A stretch of 64,000 nt of DNA from Promethearchaeota archaeon (GCA_048939995.1 JBHLOY010000010.1:81887-145886); one strand, 5' to 3'; numbered from the stretch's first letter, positions 38,925 through 49,866 are shown. Notes: a model not told the origin generated them from the letters alone. A program made the numbers and translations.

Positions 38925-39428
38925 TTGAAAATGTCAAAAGAATGGCATGAAAAAAATGCTCACTTTAATTCATTAATTAAACAATTATTTCATGATGGGA
39001 ATCATGAGAATAGAGCTAAAGCTGCAAGGCAATTAGGATTTCTAAAAGACGGTCGAGCCGTAAATTTATTATGCCGTGCGCTAAAAAGGGAGTATGATGA
39101 TTTAGTAATAAATAGAATTATTGAAGCATTGGGATTAATAGGTGATGGAAGGGCAACCCTAGGAATTTTAGAGAAGCTAAATGACGAATTATCTAAACCA
39201 GAAATAGAAATGGATAAATTGAGAATAACTTTTATAATTGAGAGTTTAATAGGTCTTAAGGATAAAAGAGCTTTATCATCTATTGGTCGATTATTAGAAT
39301 CCCATGATGAAAGATTAAAGATTCTGGCTAAACAAGCATTTAATGAGATTGAACCAAATTGGCGTAATATTGTTGAGAAAGAACATCAAAAGAAATCAAT
39401 TCAGGAAATCTTTAAGATAAAACTGTAA
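38925..39428 (+). CDS. HEAT (PBS-lyase-like) repeat protein
   Basis: RAKAARQLG..RAV, IEALG.IGD.RA repeats. Confidence 0.8.
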   Translation: MKMSKEWHEKNAHFNSLIKQLFHDGNHENRAKAARQLGFLKDGRAVNLLCRALKREYDDLVINRIIEALGLIGDGRATLGILEKLNDELSKPEIEMDKLRITFIIESLIGLKDKRALSSIGRLLESHDERLKILAKQAFNEIEPNWRNIVEKEHQKKSIQEIFKIKL

Positions 39429-39465
39429 TATTGTGCAATATTTTGTAACCTTATTGAATATAATA

Positions 39466-40074
39466 CTATTTGCTAGAAAATTGATGAAAATATTTTTGTC
39501 CTCTGTGAATATAATATAATTTTCTCACGTAATAAAAAATGAAATATGTTAGAATAAATACCCAATATCCAATAAAAATTATAAAAAATTGAAACATAAC
39601 TGGTAGAAATACTAGTAGAACTAAACTAATCATTATTAAAATTATTAAACATTCAAATGACAATAAAAATGAATACTTTTTTTCTGAAGTTATTTTTCTA
39701 AAATTTTCAATTAAGCTATTTTCTTTTATATTTTCATAGCAATTACAGCATATTAAAGGCATATCAATGTTATATCGTTCTTTTACATATAGCTTATGAA
39801 TTACAGTAAATATTCGGTGGATCAAGTTACCACATAACTTACAACGAAACTGAGCTTTAATTCTATCTGATTCAATTTTATTGATTTCTAATGCTGGAAA
39901 ATAACAATCATTTTCTCTGTAATGTTGACAAGTTTTGCATGTTAAGATTTTTTCTAGATATTCCTCTTCTGAGCTCGTTTTCCCAGGTTTAATAAAAAAA
40001 GCATATTGACTATGATACTGACAAAGTACACGTCCTTTATGATCAATCTCAAAAGAAGGTTCTACAAATGACAT
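39466..40074 (-). CDS. Cys-rich zinc-binding protein with two C-terminal TM helices
   Basis: CQYH, CKTC..C, CKLC, CCNC; hydrophobic hairpin. Confidence 0.65.
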   Translation of the reverse strand: MSFVEPSFEIDHKGRVLCQYHSQYAFFIKPGKTSSEEEYLEKILTCKTCQHYRENDCYFPALEINKIESDRIKAQFRCKLCGNLIHRIFTVIHKLYVKERYNIDMPLICCNCYENIKENSLIENFRKITSEKKYSFLLSFECLIILIMISLVLLVFLPVMFQFFIIFIGYWVFILTYFIFYYVRKLYYIHRGQKYFHQFSSK

Positions 40075-40280
40075 TATTCCTAATAATGAATCTATCGATA
40101 ATCAGATAATCATAATGGTTTATTTATTTAACGATTTAATTTAATAAGATCTCTTTAATTAAATTTTTCCTATTAAAGTTATGTTATTGGTTTTAAAAGA
40201 AAAAATTAATCTTTAGTATATGATTATTTAGGTTATAAAAATTCATTTCATTCTCAAATTTCATGAGGGTAAATTAAAAT

Positions 40281-43200
40281 ATGACCATTTCAAATGAAAA
40301 TTATAATTTAATTGATATTATCTCGAATAACATTGATGACTTATTGTATATTCTTAATAGTTATTTCGAATGTGAGTACGTAAATGAAAAGGTTCATTTA
40401 AATACAATTGGATATTCTTGTATGTCAAAAAATTTCACAGAATACGTTTATCTGGGGGATAATAAAAAAGCTATTGAATTTCTAAGGAAAACTTTAAGAT
40501 CCGGACAAGCTCTTGAGGAATTTCGGATATTAAGTGAAAATGCCTATAAATATTTTGAGGTGCAAGGAAAGAGATTCTTTGACAAAAATTACAACGCGAA
40601 AATATTTCTTATATTAAAAGATATTTCTAAACTCAAGGAGTTAGAAGACCAATGGATGAAAAGAACTGAAAAATTAAAAGAGATGACGCAGAGTTTACCA
40701 GAGTTGAGATTTTGGAAACTTTTACAGACTAGAGGGTCAAAGACAGCTATCCAAGAAGCACATCAAATGTTAGATTTGGTTATAGACAGTATTCCTCAGT
40801 ATATTTTTTGGAAGGACATTCATTTAAATTATTTAGGTTGTAATAAAAATTATGCTCAAGTTAATGAATTAAAAGATTCTAACTTCATAATTGGAAAAAG
40901 AGATGAGGATTTACCTTGGCCTAAAAATAATTTGTCTCATATTCAAGAAAAAGAGAAGAATGTGATTGAAGTTAATCAAATTGAGCATTCAGTAGAACTA
41001 TTAATCTTACCCAGTGGAAATAAGGGTTGGTTTGAAGTAAATAGAATTCCACTTCATGATTTGGATAATAAAATAATTGGGATTTTATCATCATATAATA
41101 ACATTACTGATCGAATAACAGCTGAACAAAAGTTAAGTCAATCAGAATTGAAATATCGCAGTATTCTTGAAAACATAAAGGAGGGATACTTTGAAGTCGA
41201 CTTAAAAGGTAATTTTACTTTTATTAATAATTCTTTCTGTGAGATTTATGGATATAATGAAGATGAGATCCTAGGACGGAATTACAGACGGTTTGCAGAC
41301 GAGAAGAATAGAGTAAAAGCGTATGAATCATTTAACCAAGTATATAACACAGGTATTGGGCAGAAATATTTACGATTTGAATTTATGAAAAAGAATGGAG
41401 AGATCATATTTCTTGAAACATCAGCTTATTTAAGATATGATTCAGATGGAAGAAAAATTGGTTTCTATGGAATGGTACATGATATAACCGATAAGTATCA
41501 TTTAGAACAAGAGTTAAAACAATCAGAACAAAAATATAGACTAATTTCTGAAAATGCTTATGACTTCATTTGCATAATTAATCAAGAACTCAAATTTGAG
41601 TATGCTAATGAACAACCTATTTTCAACATTCTAGGTTATAAAATCGAAGAAGTAATTGGAAGTTCAGTACTAAGCATTGTTAAACCTGAAGATAAAAAAT
41701 TAGCTCATAATGCTTTAATTCAAGGTTTTAAGGCTGGAGGAGGTACATTAGAACTTAAGATAAAGCATAAATCTGGTAATTGGATCTGGATAGAAGCTAA
41801 AGGAAAAACGTTTATTGATTTGGATGGCGAAATTAAGGGGATAATAATCGGGAGAGATATTACTGTGAAAAAGATGGCAGAAGAGAAACTGAAAAAGTCT
41901 GAAAAACGATTTAGGCATTTATTCGAGAGTTCGCCATTTACTATTTGGTTATTGAATTCAAATGGGATTGTTATTGACTGTAATCCAACAATGAATAAAT
42001 TACTTTCAAAATATACTAAAGAGGATATAATAGGTAAGCATTTTACTGAAGTTCTATCAATGTTTGAAAGACCTGAATACTTCATCCCATATTTCAAGAA
42101 AAGATTTGATGCCTTCATTAAAGATGAAAAAGTTGAACCTCTTGAATTCCAGATGACAAGAGGGGATGGGAAAAGTTTATGGTTAACCTTACAAAGTTCT
42201 AAAATAATTTTAGGCGATGAAACTCTAATACAAGTTATCATTCAAGATATAACTGAAAAAAAGAAAGCGGAGGATGATTTAAAGAAGTTAAATAAAGAAC
42301 TTGAAGAAATTATCCTTGAAAGGACGAAAGAGTTAAGAGAATCAGAAGAAAAATTCAGAACTATTGCTGAACAGACATCACTAGGTATTACCATAATTCA
42401 AGAGGGATATGTTAAATATACAAATCAAGCTTTATCTGATATCATAGGTTATTCGAATGATGAGATAAAAAATTGGTCAAGAAATGAATTTATTAAGAAT
42501 ATACACCCAGAAGATTTACCTTTTGTTTTAGAACAACTACAAAGGAAATTGGGTGGAGAAAATACTTTATTATCTCATCATACAGTTAGAATATTCACAA
42601 AATCTGAAGAAATGAAATGGGTAGAATTACATTCAAAAGCAATTAAATATCAGGGAAAGATAGCAGATTTCATAACATTTATAGACATAACAGATAAGAA
42701 AATAGCTGAACAAAAACTGATTGAATCAGAAGAAAAGTATCGCCACTTATTTGAAAATTCTCCTTATGGTGTTGTATTGATTGATTTTAATGGAACTATA
42801 ATTGATATTAATACTACTACTCCTAAGTTATATGGTTATACAAAAGCGGATTTACTAGGGAAAAACTATCTTGATCTTAAGGAAATATATCCATTAGAGA
42901 CAAAATCAGCATTGCGTAATATCACAAGTTTACTAAATAAAGGTGACTTTATATTGCCAAAGATGAAGCCCCAATTGATCAAAATTTATAAGAAAGATGG
43001 GACAACCGCTTGGGTGGAATCAGAGTTATCTTCAATTAAACTTGGTGATCAAATCTTCATACAAATAATTATTCAAGACATCACAGATAAGAAAATAGCT
43101 GAACAAAAATTAATTGAATCCGAAAAGAGACTCAGAGAACAAAATATAGAATTAAGAGAGTTGGATAAACTTAAGACTGACTTCATCAGCATTGCGGCTC

Positions 43201-43862
43201 ATGAATTAAAGACACCATTAATTTCTATAGGGGGATATGTAGATTTGATACTTATGAGAGATAAAGATCTAAAAAGTGAAATAAAGGAGGATCTAAAAAG
43301 AGTTTTAATCAATGTTCAGAGACTTGAAGATTATATTAATAGATTAATGGATGTAATGAAAATTGATGCTAAGAAAATGGAATTAGACTTTGGGGAATAT
43401 AATGTACTTCAGATCATAGAAAATACACTCTCAGAATTAAGTTTTCAAATTAATCAAAAAAGTTTGAGAATGAAAGTAGAAGTTGATAAAGAGTTTAAGA
43501 TGACACTTGATTCTTCTAGGATTTATCAGGTTTTTTCCAATCTTATTTCAAATGCAATAAAGTTTTCTAATCAAGGAAGTACAGTTGAAATCTCTGCTAA
43601 AATTAAGGATAAAAATTGTTTATTTTCAATAAAGGATTATGGAAAGGGTTTAAGCGATAATCAATTAAAGAAGTTATTTGGCAAATTTGTAACCATTGGA
43701 GTAAGTTCAGATAATTTTTCAACTTTTGAGAAAGGAAGTGGATTAGGATTATATATCGCTCGAGGGATCATTGAGGCTCATGGAGGAAAGATATGGGTAA
43801 AGTCAGAAGGATTAAATAAAGGCGCTGAATTTAAATTCACAATACCAATTAGAAGTTATTAA
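40281..43862 (+). CDS. Cytoplasmic multi-PAS (about 7) sensor histidine kinase
   Basis: Repeated PAS/PAC units ending in DIT; H-box AHELKTPL, N-box NLISNAIKF, G-boxes DYGKG and GSGLGL. Confidence 0.95.
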   Translation: MTISNENYNLIDIISNNIDDLLYILNSYFECEYVNEKVHLNTIGYSCMSKNFTEYVYLGDNKKAIEFLRKTLRSGQALEEFRILSENAYKYFEVQGKRFFDKNYNAKIFLILKDISKLKELEDQWMKRTEKLKEMTQSLPELRFWKLLQTRGSKTAIQEAHQMLDLVIDSIPQYIFWKDIHLNYLGCNKNYAQVNELKDSNFIIGKRDEDLPWPKNNLSHIQEKEKNVIEVNQIEHSVELLILPSGNKGWFEVNRIPLHDLDNKIIGILSSYNNITDRITAEQKLSQSELKYRSILENIKEGYFEVDLKGNFTFINNSFCEIYGYNEDEILGRNYRRFADEKNRVKAYESFNQVYNTGIGQKYLRFEFMKKNGEIIFLETSAYLRYDSDGRKIGFYGMVHDITDKYHLEQELKQSEQKYRLISENAYDFICIINQELKFEYANEQPIFNILGYKIEEVIGSSVLSIVKPEDKKLAHNALIQGFKAGGGTLELKIKHKSGNWIWIEAKGKTFIDLDGEIKGIIIGRDITVKKMAEEKLKKSEKRFRHLFESSPFTIWLLNSNGIVIDCNPTMNKLLSKYTKEDIIGKHFTEVLSMFERPEYFIPYFKKRFDAFIKDEKVEPLEFQMTRGDGKSLWLTLQSSKIILGDETLIQVIIQDITEKKKAEDDLKKLNKELEEIILERTKELRESEEKFRTIAEQTSLGITIIQEGYVKYTNQALSDIIGYSNDEIKNWSRNEFIKNIHPEDLPFVLEQLQRKLGGENTLLSHHTVRIFTKSEEMKWVELHSKAIKYQGKIADFITFIDITDKKIAEQKLIESEEKYRHLFENSPYGVVLIDFNGTIIDINTTTPKLYGYTKADLLGKNYLDLKEIYPLETKSALRNITSLLNKGDFILPKMKPQLIKIYKKDGTTAWVESELSSIKLGDQIFIQIIIQDITDKKIAEQKLIESEKRLREQNIELRELDKLKTDFISIAAHELKTPLISIGGYVDLILMRDKDLKSEIKEDLKRVLINVQRLEDYINRLMDVMKIDAKKMELDFGEYNVLQIIENTLSELSFQINQKSLRMKVEVDKEFKMTLDSSRIYQVFSNLISNAIKFSNQGSTVEISAKIKDKNCLFSIKDYGKGLSDNQLKKLFGKFVTIGVSSDNFSTFEKGSGLGLYIARGIIEAHGGKIWVKSEGLNKGAEFKFTIPIRSY

Positions 43863-43996
43863 AAAAATTAATTAATGTTTACCTATTTCATCTTAAGTAA
43901 AATTTATTTAAAATCGATATAATTTTTCTTTAAAAGAAATTAGAGTTAATACCCTCTGATTATACTTAAATCGAAGCTTTATTATTTTAAGATTCA

Positions 43997-46162
43997 ATGT
44001 CTACAATAATAGTTTCTGAAAAAAATAAGGCCGCTAAAGCAATTGCTGAGGCTTTAGGGACAGTTAAAACCATAGCTATATCAACAAAGATCAAAATTTA
44101 TTATGTTCCGGCAAAAAATTTATATGTTATTCCTCTTAGGGGACATATACTTGAATATAGGAATTCCCCCGCGTTTAAAAGTTGGACAAAAACTAATCCT
44201 CGTGAGATTATAACTAATCCTACTGCAATTGAGAAAGTGCCAATAAGTTATTCAAAACCTTATATTAAATTGTTAAAAGAATATTCTCAAAAGTCAAATT
44301 ATTGCATAATTGGGACTGATGCAGATATAGAAGGGTGCAACATTGGACTTTTTGATGCCCTCCCTTTTATACTGAACGCAAAACCTAATATTAAAGTATC
44401 TCAATTATGGTTAAGTTCATTAGAAAAAAGTGAAATTATACAGAAATTTCATAATCTTATTAATCCAAAGTATAATTGGGGAGAATCAGGAGAAGCTCGT
44501 GCTATAATTGATGCCTTTATAGGGTTTTCAGCTACTAGGGAGATAACCAATACTCTTAGCTCTTTATTAAGTAAGTTTAGGGTAAAATTTACATCAATTG
44601 GAAGAGTTCAAACCTCTCTTCTCTACTTAATTTATTTAAGAGAACAAGAAATAGAAAAATTTGTACCTGAACCTTATTTCACAATTGAAGCAGTTCTACA
44701 ACATAAACATGGAAATTTTAAAGCATACCATTTATTGAATCCTTTTAAAAAACAGGACGAGACAAAAGCTAAAAGTATTTATGCCAAAATCAAAAATGAG
44801 AAAATTGCTATGATTATAGACCTCGCCAAGGAATTAATTAAAAGATTTCCTCCTACTCCATTAAATACTTCGAAAGCTTTGATTCTTTTAACCAAAAATT
44901 TGAAAATATCTGCTCATACGGCAATGAACACAATGAATTCATTATATCTCAATAAAATAATCTCTTATCCTAGAACTGAAAGTGATATATATAAGAAAGA
45001 TTTTGATCATAAGGTGAAATTGAATCAATTTAAAAACCACACTAAATATGGTAATTATACCTCTAAATTAATAAAATATAATAAATTAATACCAACAAGT
45101 GGCAAAATCGATGCTGGAGATCATCCTCCTATTACTCCAATAATAGGTTTGGAATTAGAAGATAAGAAATTTGAGAATAATCTTCAAAAAAAAGTATATG
45201 ATTTACTCGCACGACATTACCTTGCTTTATTTGGTGATTATGCTACTGAATCAAAACAAACTTTAAACTTATTAATCAAAGATGAGCGATTCACTGCTCA
45301 AGTAGTCACATTAATTTCAGAGGGTTTTTTGGAGATTGCACCCTTCCTCCGACCTAAATATGATACTGAAATTCAAATTGTTGGTGATCAAATTCCTATC
45401 GAGAAGATATTATTTAATGAAAAAGAAACTAAACCACCACCTAGATATACGGATACTACTCTTCTAAAATTGATGGAAAAAAACCATCTTGGTACAAAAT
45501 CAACCAGGCCCATAATAATTAGATTACTCCAAACTAGAAAATTGACTCAGAGAGTCAAATACAACTATATCATAACCGCTTTAGGAACTTTTATTATAGA
45601 AAATTTAATTAAAATATGGCTTCCCTTTTTAGAACCTAGTTTTACTAAGAATGTTGAATTAAAACTTGAAGAGATCAAATTAGGAAAAAAAAAAATGCAT
45701 AACGTAATCCAGGAAGTTAAGGATGAATTTTTAAATTTATTTGATAAATTGCTTGCTAATAAGAAAAACATAATAGCTAATATTGATAGTTTTAAGAAAA
45801 AATTAGATCTTCAAACTCCTAAACCAATTCCTGTAATGACTAAATCCTTCTGTCCCTATTGCTACAGTTCTCCCATGAAATTTATAAACCTACCAAAAAA
45901 GAGATTTCTTGTATGTTCAGGTGAAAGTTGTAAGAAATTCCTCTCTCTCCCTAAAAAGGGTAAACTAGAGTTGTTAGCTACAAAGTGTTCTTTATGTGGA
46001 TTCAATATTTTTAAAATTTCTACTTATAAAAATAATAGACTTTTTACATATTGGCTTTGTCCAAAGTGTTGGAATGAAGGTTTAAATGAAAAGACTGGTC
46101 AAGGTTTTTGCTCTAATTGCGAAGGTTATAGAATTATAAATAATAAGTGTATGAAAAAATGA
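43997..46162 (+). CDS. topA: Type IA DNA topoisomerase with C-terminal Zn ribbons
   Basis: SEK, GH, TDADIEG TOPRIM, SIGRVQT, ISYPRT catalytic Tyr, HPPITP, GTKSTR. Confidence 0.93.
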   Translation: MSTIIVSEKNKAAKAIAEALGTVKTIAISTKIKIYYVPAKNLYVIPLRGHILEYRNSPAFKSWTKTNPREIITNPTAIEKVPISYSKPYIKLLKEYSQKSNYCIIGTDADIEGCNIGLFDALPFILNAKPNIKVSQLWLSSLEKSEIIQKFHNLINPKYNWGESGEARAIIDAFIGFSATREITNTLSSLLSKFRVKFTSIGRVQTSLLYLIYLREQEIEKFVPEPYFTIEAVLQHKHGNFKAYHLLNPFKKQDETKAKSIYAKIKNEKIAMIIDLAKELIKRFPPTPLNTSKALILLTKNLKISAHTAMNTMNSLYLNKIISYPRTESDIYKKDFDHKVKLNQFKNHTKYGNYTSKLIKYNKLIPTSGKIDAGDHPPITPIIGLELEDKKFENNLQKKVYDLLARHYLALFGDYATESKQTLNLLIKDERFTAQVVTLISEGFLEIAPFLRPKYDTEIQIVGDQIPIEKILFNEKETKPPPRYTDTTLLKLMEKNHLGTKSTRPIIIRLLQTRKLTQRVKYNYIITALGTFIIENLIKIWLPFLEPSFTKNVELKLEEIKLGKKKMHNVIQEVKDEFLNLFDKLLANKKNIIANIDSFKKKLDLQTPKPIPVMTKSFCPYCYSSPMKFINLPKKRFLVCSGESCKKFLSLPKKGKLELLATKCSLCGFNIFKISTYKNNRLFTYWLCPKCWNEGLNEKTGQGFCSNCEGYRIINNKCMKK

Positions 46163-46167
46163 GAATT

Positions 46168-46554
46168 TCAGTCTAGTTTAAATTTATACTTATTAAAAGC
46201 AGCACGAGTTAGTCCAACATAATTGTCACTAATTTTATAATATAATTTTCCATCCATTATTCTCCTTTCAACATAATCATTTTTCAAACATGCATTTAAA
46301 GAATTTATCATGGTTCCTAAAGTAACTGCACCCATATATTTTTGCTGACGTTTAGCAATTCGTACTAAGTCTAATTCTGAATGCCATTCTCCATCTGATA
46401 ATCCTATTAGGATTTCATTCTTAACAGGGATCTTAATATTTTTGATCTTATTAAACAATGCTGAATAATCTGGTTTATAATACTTTTTCAATATTTGAGT
46501 GGATTCAGTTCTACTATTTTGAAAATTTTGTTCCATATTTTGTATTAACACCAC
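46168..46554 (-). CDS. Winged-helix-like protein
   Basis: ILIGLSDGEWHSELDL...YVERR...YYKIS. Confidence 0.55.
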   Translation of the reverse strand: MVLIQNMEQNFQNSRTESTQILKKYYKPDYSALFNKIKNIKIPVKNEILIGLSDGEWHSELDLVRIAKRQQKYMGAVTLGTMINSLNACLKNDYVERRIMDGKLYYKISDNYVGLTRAAFNKYKFKLD

Positions 46555-46640
46555 AAACTATCTTATTTATAGTATAATATCGGAATAATATTTTTAATCA
46601 AGTGTAATACGCTAATAACATCTACAAAATATTGAGGAAA

Positions 46641-47756
46641 TCATAAAAGATTGTCTGGAATTCCTTCATTATAATATTTCGCACGCGTTACCCATAAATT
46701 TTGGAATTCTGGCAATAATGATAAAATTGATCCGCCAACCCATACTGAAAAAACGCGCTCTCTTGGAGCGATTATTTTAACATTTTGTTTCTTTTTCTTT
46801 CTTTTAATTAATTCTACTTCTAACTCTTGATGAATTCGTGATTTTAAATTAGGAAACATCGAAGAACCTCCACTCAAAAATATATTATTTAATAAATCTG
46901 GGCGAATATCGACATCGCATTCCTCAATAACATCTATTATTGCTTGAGGTAATGGATCCTCTTCTAATTCCATAGTAGGATTGAACAATAATTCTGGAAC
47001 TTTAAATCTCTCTTCACCTAATTTAATTGTTGAGCCATCTGGTAAAGAATAGGGCTTTTCATACTGCTCAGCTCGCTTAAGATCTTCCTTAAAATCTAAA
47101 GACACAAAACATGCTTTTTCTTTCAAAGCTCTTACTAATTCTCTTCTAATTGAAGAATCCGCTGAGAATCCTATCTCTCCAAGGATTTTTTCCATATATC
47201 TTGTTAATACTTTACCTCCTAATTCAAGTATTCTTATGGCATGATCTATTTTGTATCCCTCATAGATGGGAACTATTCTTGTCAGGCTATCACCAATTTC
47301 AACTACTAAGCCCGTTTGGAAACCTCCCGAATATAAAGTTAACATTGAATCTAATACGGGATAAAAAGCCATACATTGATAGTGTTCTAAAAACAATCTA
47401 AATAGTCGTGCTAAATCTTGTTTAGGAAATAATGGATGGACTGCAAATAGTATATTAACTAGACTGGGGTCAACTCGAAGGTTATAAAAAATATAATCAA
47501 TAATTTTCTCAAAGGTTATCCAATCTTGAATTCTGCCTTTCTCTATAGGATAAAGAATTTTGAATAGGCCTAGGGATTGTATTTCATCTCCTACATAAAA
47601 TTCATCTTTCTTAGCGCTCCCATAATCAAAATCAATTTGTTGATATTTGGGTGTTCCAACAATAGTAAAGAAAACCTGTGAAGGAAAATCTTCTCCAGCA
47701 TAGCCCGCTTTACTTGCAAAACTTCCTAAGTCAAGAACAACAGTTAAATTTCCCAT
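46641..47756 (-). CDS. Asgard actin-related protein (Arp-like)
   Basis: DLGS..KAGYAGED.P, YPIEKG, VPIYEGY, LPDG, PELLFNP, LSGGSSMFP, SVWVGGSIL. Confidence 0.93.
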   Translation of the reverse strand: MGNLTVVLDLGSFASKAGYAGEDFPSQVFFTIVGTPKYQQIDFDYGSAKKDEFYVGDEIQSLGLFKILYPIEKGRIQDWITFEKIIDYIFYNLRVDPSLVNILFAVHPLFPKQDLARLFRLFLEHYQCMAFYPVLDSMLTLYSGGFQTGLVVEIGDSLTRIVPIYEGYKIDHAIRILELGGKVLTRYMEKILGEIGFSADSSIRRELVRALKEKACFVSLDFKEDLKRAEQYEKPYSLPDGSTIKLGEERFKVPELLFNPTMELEEDPLPQAIIDVIEECDVDIRPDLLNNIFLSGGSSMFPNLKSRIHQELEVELIKRKKKKQNVKIIAPRERVFSVWVGGSILSLLPEFQNLWVTRAKYYNEGIPDNLL

Positions 47757-47820
47757 AATGCAAAATTAATATTAGAATTCTAAATCGTTTTGATTTTATA
47801 ATCAATTAACTTATTTATTT

Positions 47821-48567
47821 TTATATTAATAAAATTTTTAATGGAGTGTAAGTTGTCTCAGGAATATAAGCTTCTCCATAAGGAGAACTAATTGAATTTC
47901 CGTTTAGAGCTGCTGTGGATTCTGCCCAATCAATTACTCGTTCTAGTACTTCATTTTGTGATTCATAAACATGGTAAAAAATCTCTTTTTTCTTTTCCCA
48001 ATATTTTCTAATATCAACAATAACAAAAACAGCAGCATCAATATATTGAAACTTACAAGATGGAGATTCATAATAGTATACTCCAAAAGGAATCCACTGT
48101 CTTTCATGACCACCATAAGCTTTTCCACTTGAGCAGTGATAAATTGCCTCACGAACAATTAATGATAGATTACGATGAACACGATGAAAATCGGAAAAAT
48201 GAGGCATTAAAATGACCTGGGGTTGATATTCTCTAATTAAATTAGTGATTTTAGAGATCTTTTTTCTTTCGATCACCATATCTGTATAATTTAAATCAAT
48301 TATTTTTGATTTCAAAGCGCTTTTCACTAACTTCAGTTCAATTTTTCTCTGTTCCAAAATTTTTTCTTTATATAAAGTCCTTGCATAACCTCCTAACCCA
48401 CTTGTAGCCACAACTATAAAAACTTCAGACCCTAAATCTCTGTATTTAAGTATTGTTCCTCCACATGATATAACTTCATCATCTGGGTGTCCTGCAAAAA
48501 TCATTAATCTTTTAGGAACTACAATAGGTATGCTATCTTCACAAAGTAAGAAATCTTTTTTTTCCAT
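47821..48567 (-). CDS. PIG-L/LmbE-family N-acetylglucosaminyl deacetylase
   Basis: HPDDE..GGT, DFHRVH. Confidence 0.88.
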   Translation of the reverse strand: MEKKDFLLCEDSIPIVVPKRLMIFAGHPDDEVISCGGTILKYRDLGSEVFIVVATSGLGGYARTLYKEKILEQRKIELKLVKSALKSKIIDLNYTDMVIERKKISKITNLIREYQPQVILMPHFSDFHRVHRNLSLIVREAIYHCSSGKAYGGHERQWIPFGVYYYESPSCKFQYIDAAVFVIVDIRKYWEKKKEIFYHVYESQNEVLERVIDWAESTAALNGNSISSPYGEAYIPETTYTPLKILLI

Positions 48568-48646
48568 TTATGATATTTACTTCTCAAAATCAATAATAAA
48601 CTTTTGGAAATTGTAAAGAATAACAAAAAATAAGAAGAAACTGACT

Positions 48647-49336
48647 TTATTCTCCTCTCATTATTTTCTTAAGCCGATTTAATTCTTCAAGCATTTCATC
48701 TCTTAAGGAACTTAAACCACCACCCGCTTTAGGAGCCATTGTGGGAGTTATCGAAGGGGTAGCTCCAGGAGCTCTTGGTGGTCCACTATTGGGGGCAGTA
48801 GGTGGTCCAGGGCGTTTTGCGAAAGTTGGAGCTTGAGTCACTCCCCCACTTGGTGCTGCAGGAGGCGCACCACTTCCAGGTGCTGGAGGCAACTTAGGTG
48901 CTGGTGGTAAACCAGAACGTTTCGGAGGTCCTCCTCCTGAAGCTGGAGGTGCTCCGCTTGGAGGTGCGGCTGGAGGTCCTCCACTTGGTGCTTTAGGCGC
49001 TCCCACAACAGGAGGTTTAGGAAGACCTAAACTCGCGCTTGCCGTTGTTGATGCAGTAGCAGGTGCTCTCCCACCACTCAACAAATTGAATAATGTACTT
49101 GCTGCAGCAGTCTTAGCGTTACCTGTAGTTGGTGCTGCAATCATTTTAGAGGAGGTACTAACCGTTTGAACTTCTTCAACAACAACTTCCCTTAAATCTT
49201 TTTGTGCTTTATTTAACGACTTGACAAAATCATTAATCCCTTTAACGGTTTCCTCAAGATCATCTGATAAAGAAGTCAATCCCTTTTTCATGAAATTAAT
49301 TACGCGTTCTAACTTTTTTTGTTCTTTTGAAACCAA
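48647..49336 (-). CDS. Coiled-coil, proline-rich protein with WH2/VASP-like C-terminal helix
   Basis: N-terminal heptads; GLPPAPKLPPAP-type linker; GGGLSSLRDEMLEELNRLKK. Confidence 0.7.
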   Translation of the reverse strand: MVSKEQKKLERVINFMKKGLTSLSDDLEETVKGINDFVKSLNKAQKDLREVVVEEVQTVSTSSKMIAAPTTGNAKTAAASTLFNLLSGGRAPATASTTASASLGLPKPPVVGAPKAPSGGPPAAPPSGAPPASGGGPPKRSGLPPAPKLPPAPGSGAPPAAPSGGVTQAPTFAKRPGPPTAPNSGPPRAPGATPSITPTMAPKAGGGLSSLRDEMLEELNRLKKIMRGE

Positions 49337-49599
49337 GGTTTATTCAAATCCTCTAAATTATTTTCAAAAGTAGAATATATATATTTATAATGATAATTCA
49401 ATTATATTAATTTATATTTTTGCTTTTATCTCTTTTATAATTTGTGAATAAATCACGACTAAAACCTATTCTATTATAAAAAATCTTGAACCCCAAAAAA
49501 AAATAATAATTAAAAAGGCTAAATCTAATAATATTATATATCATATTTCATTTGTATTTTTTAACAAGTATCTTCTAGTATTAAAAGGTGTAAAACCAC

Positions 49600-49866
49600 A
49601 TGCCTAAGCGCGAATTATTTATTAAAAGAGTGTATGAGATCGTCAACGAATTAAAGATTCCATTAATTGATGAAAGAGTGTATGATAAGGTTAATTTTGG
49701 CACAAGTGCCGCAATTGCAAAAATTGTATTCAAATTTGAGGAGGATGAGTCAGTAATTCGCGGATTTCTTGGTTTAGCGGAATACTTTCATACAGTGGTT
49801 ATAAAGAAGGGCGACCAATTTTATATACCCCATGCTTCTATTCTCTTTCAATTAGTCAGCTCTTAA
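49600..49866 (+). CDS. Small hypothetical protein
   Basis: 88-aa ORF with AGGTG SD-like sequence upstream. Confidence 0.7.
   Translation: MPKRELFIKRVYEIVNELKIPLIDERVYDKVNFGTSAAIAKIVFKFEEDESVIRGFLGLAEYFHTVVIKKGDQFYIPHASILFQLVSS

Noticed and set aside
48700-49140. GC-rich island suggesting foreign DNA or a structural RNA
   Set aside because: Explained by Pro/Gly/Ala codons; third positions remain A/T-rich.
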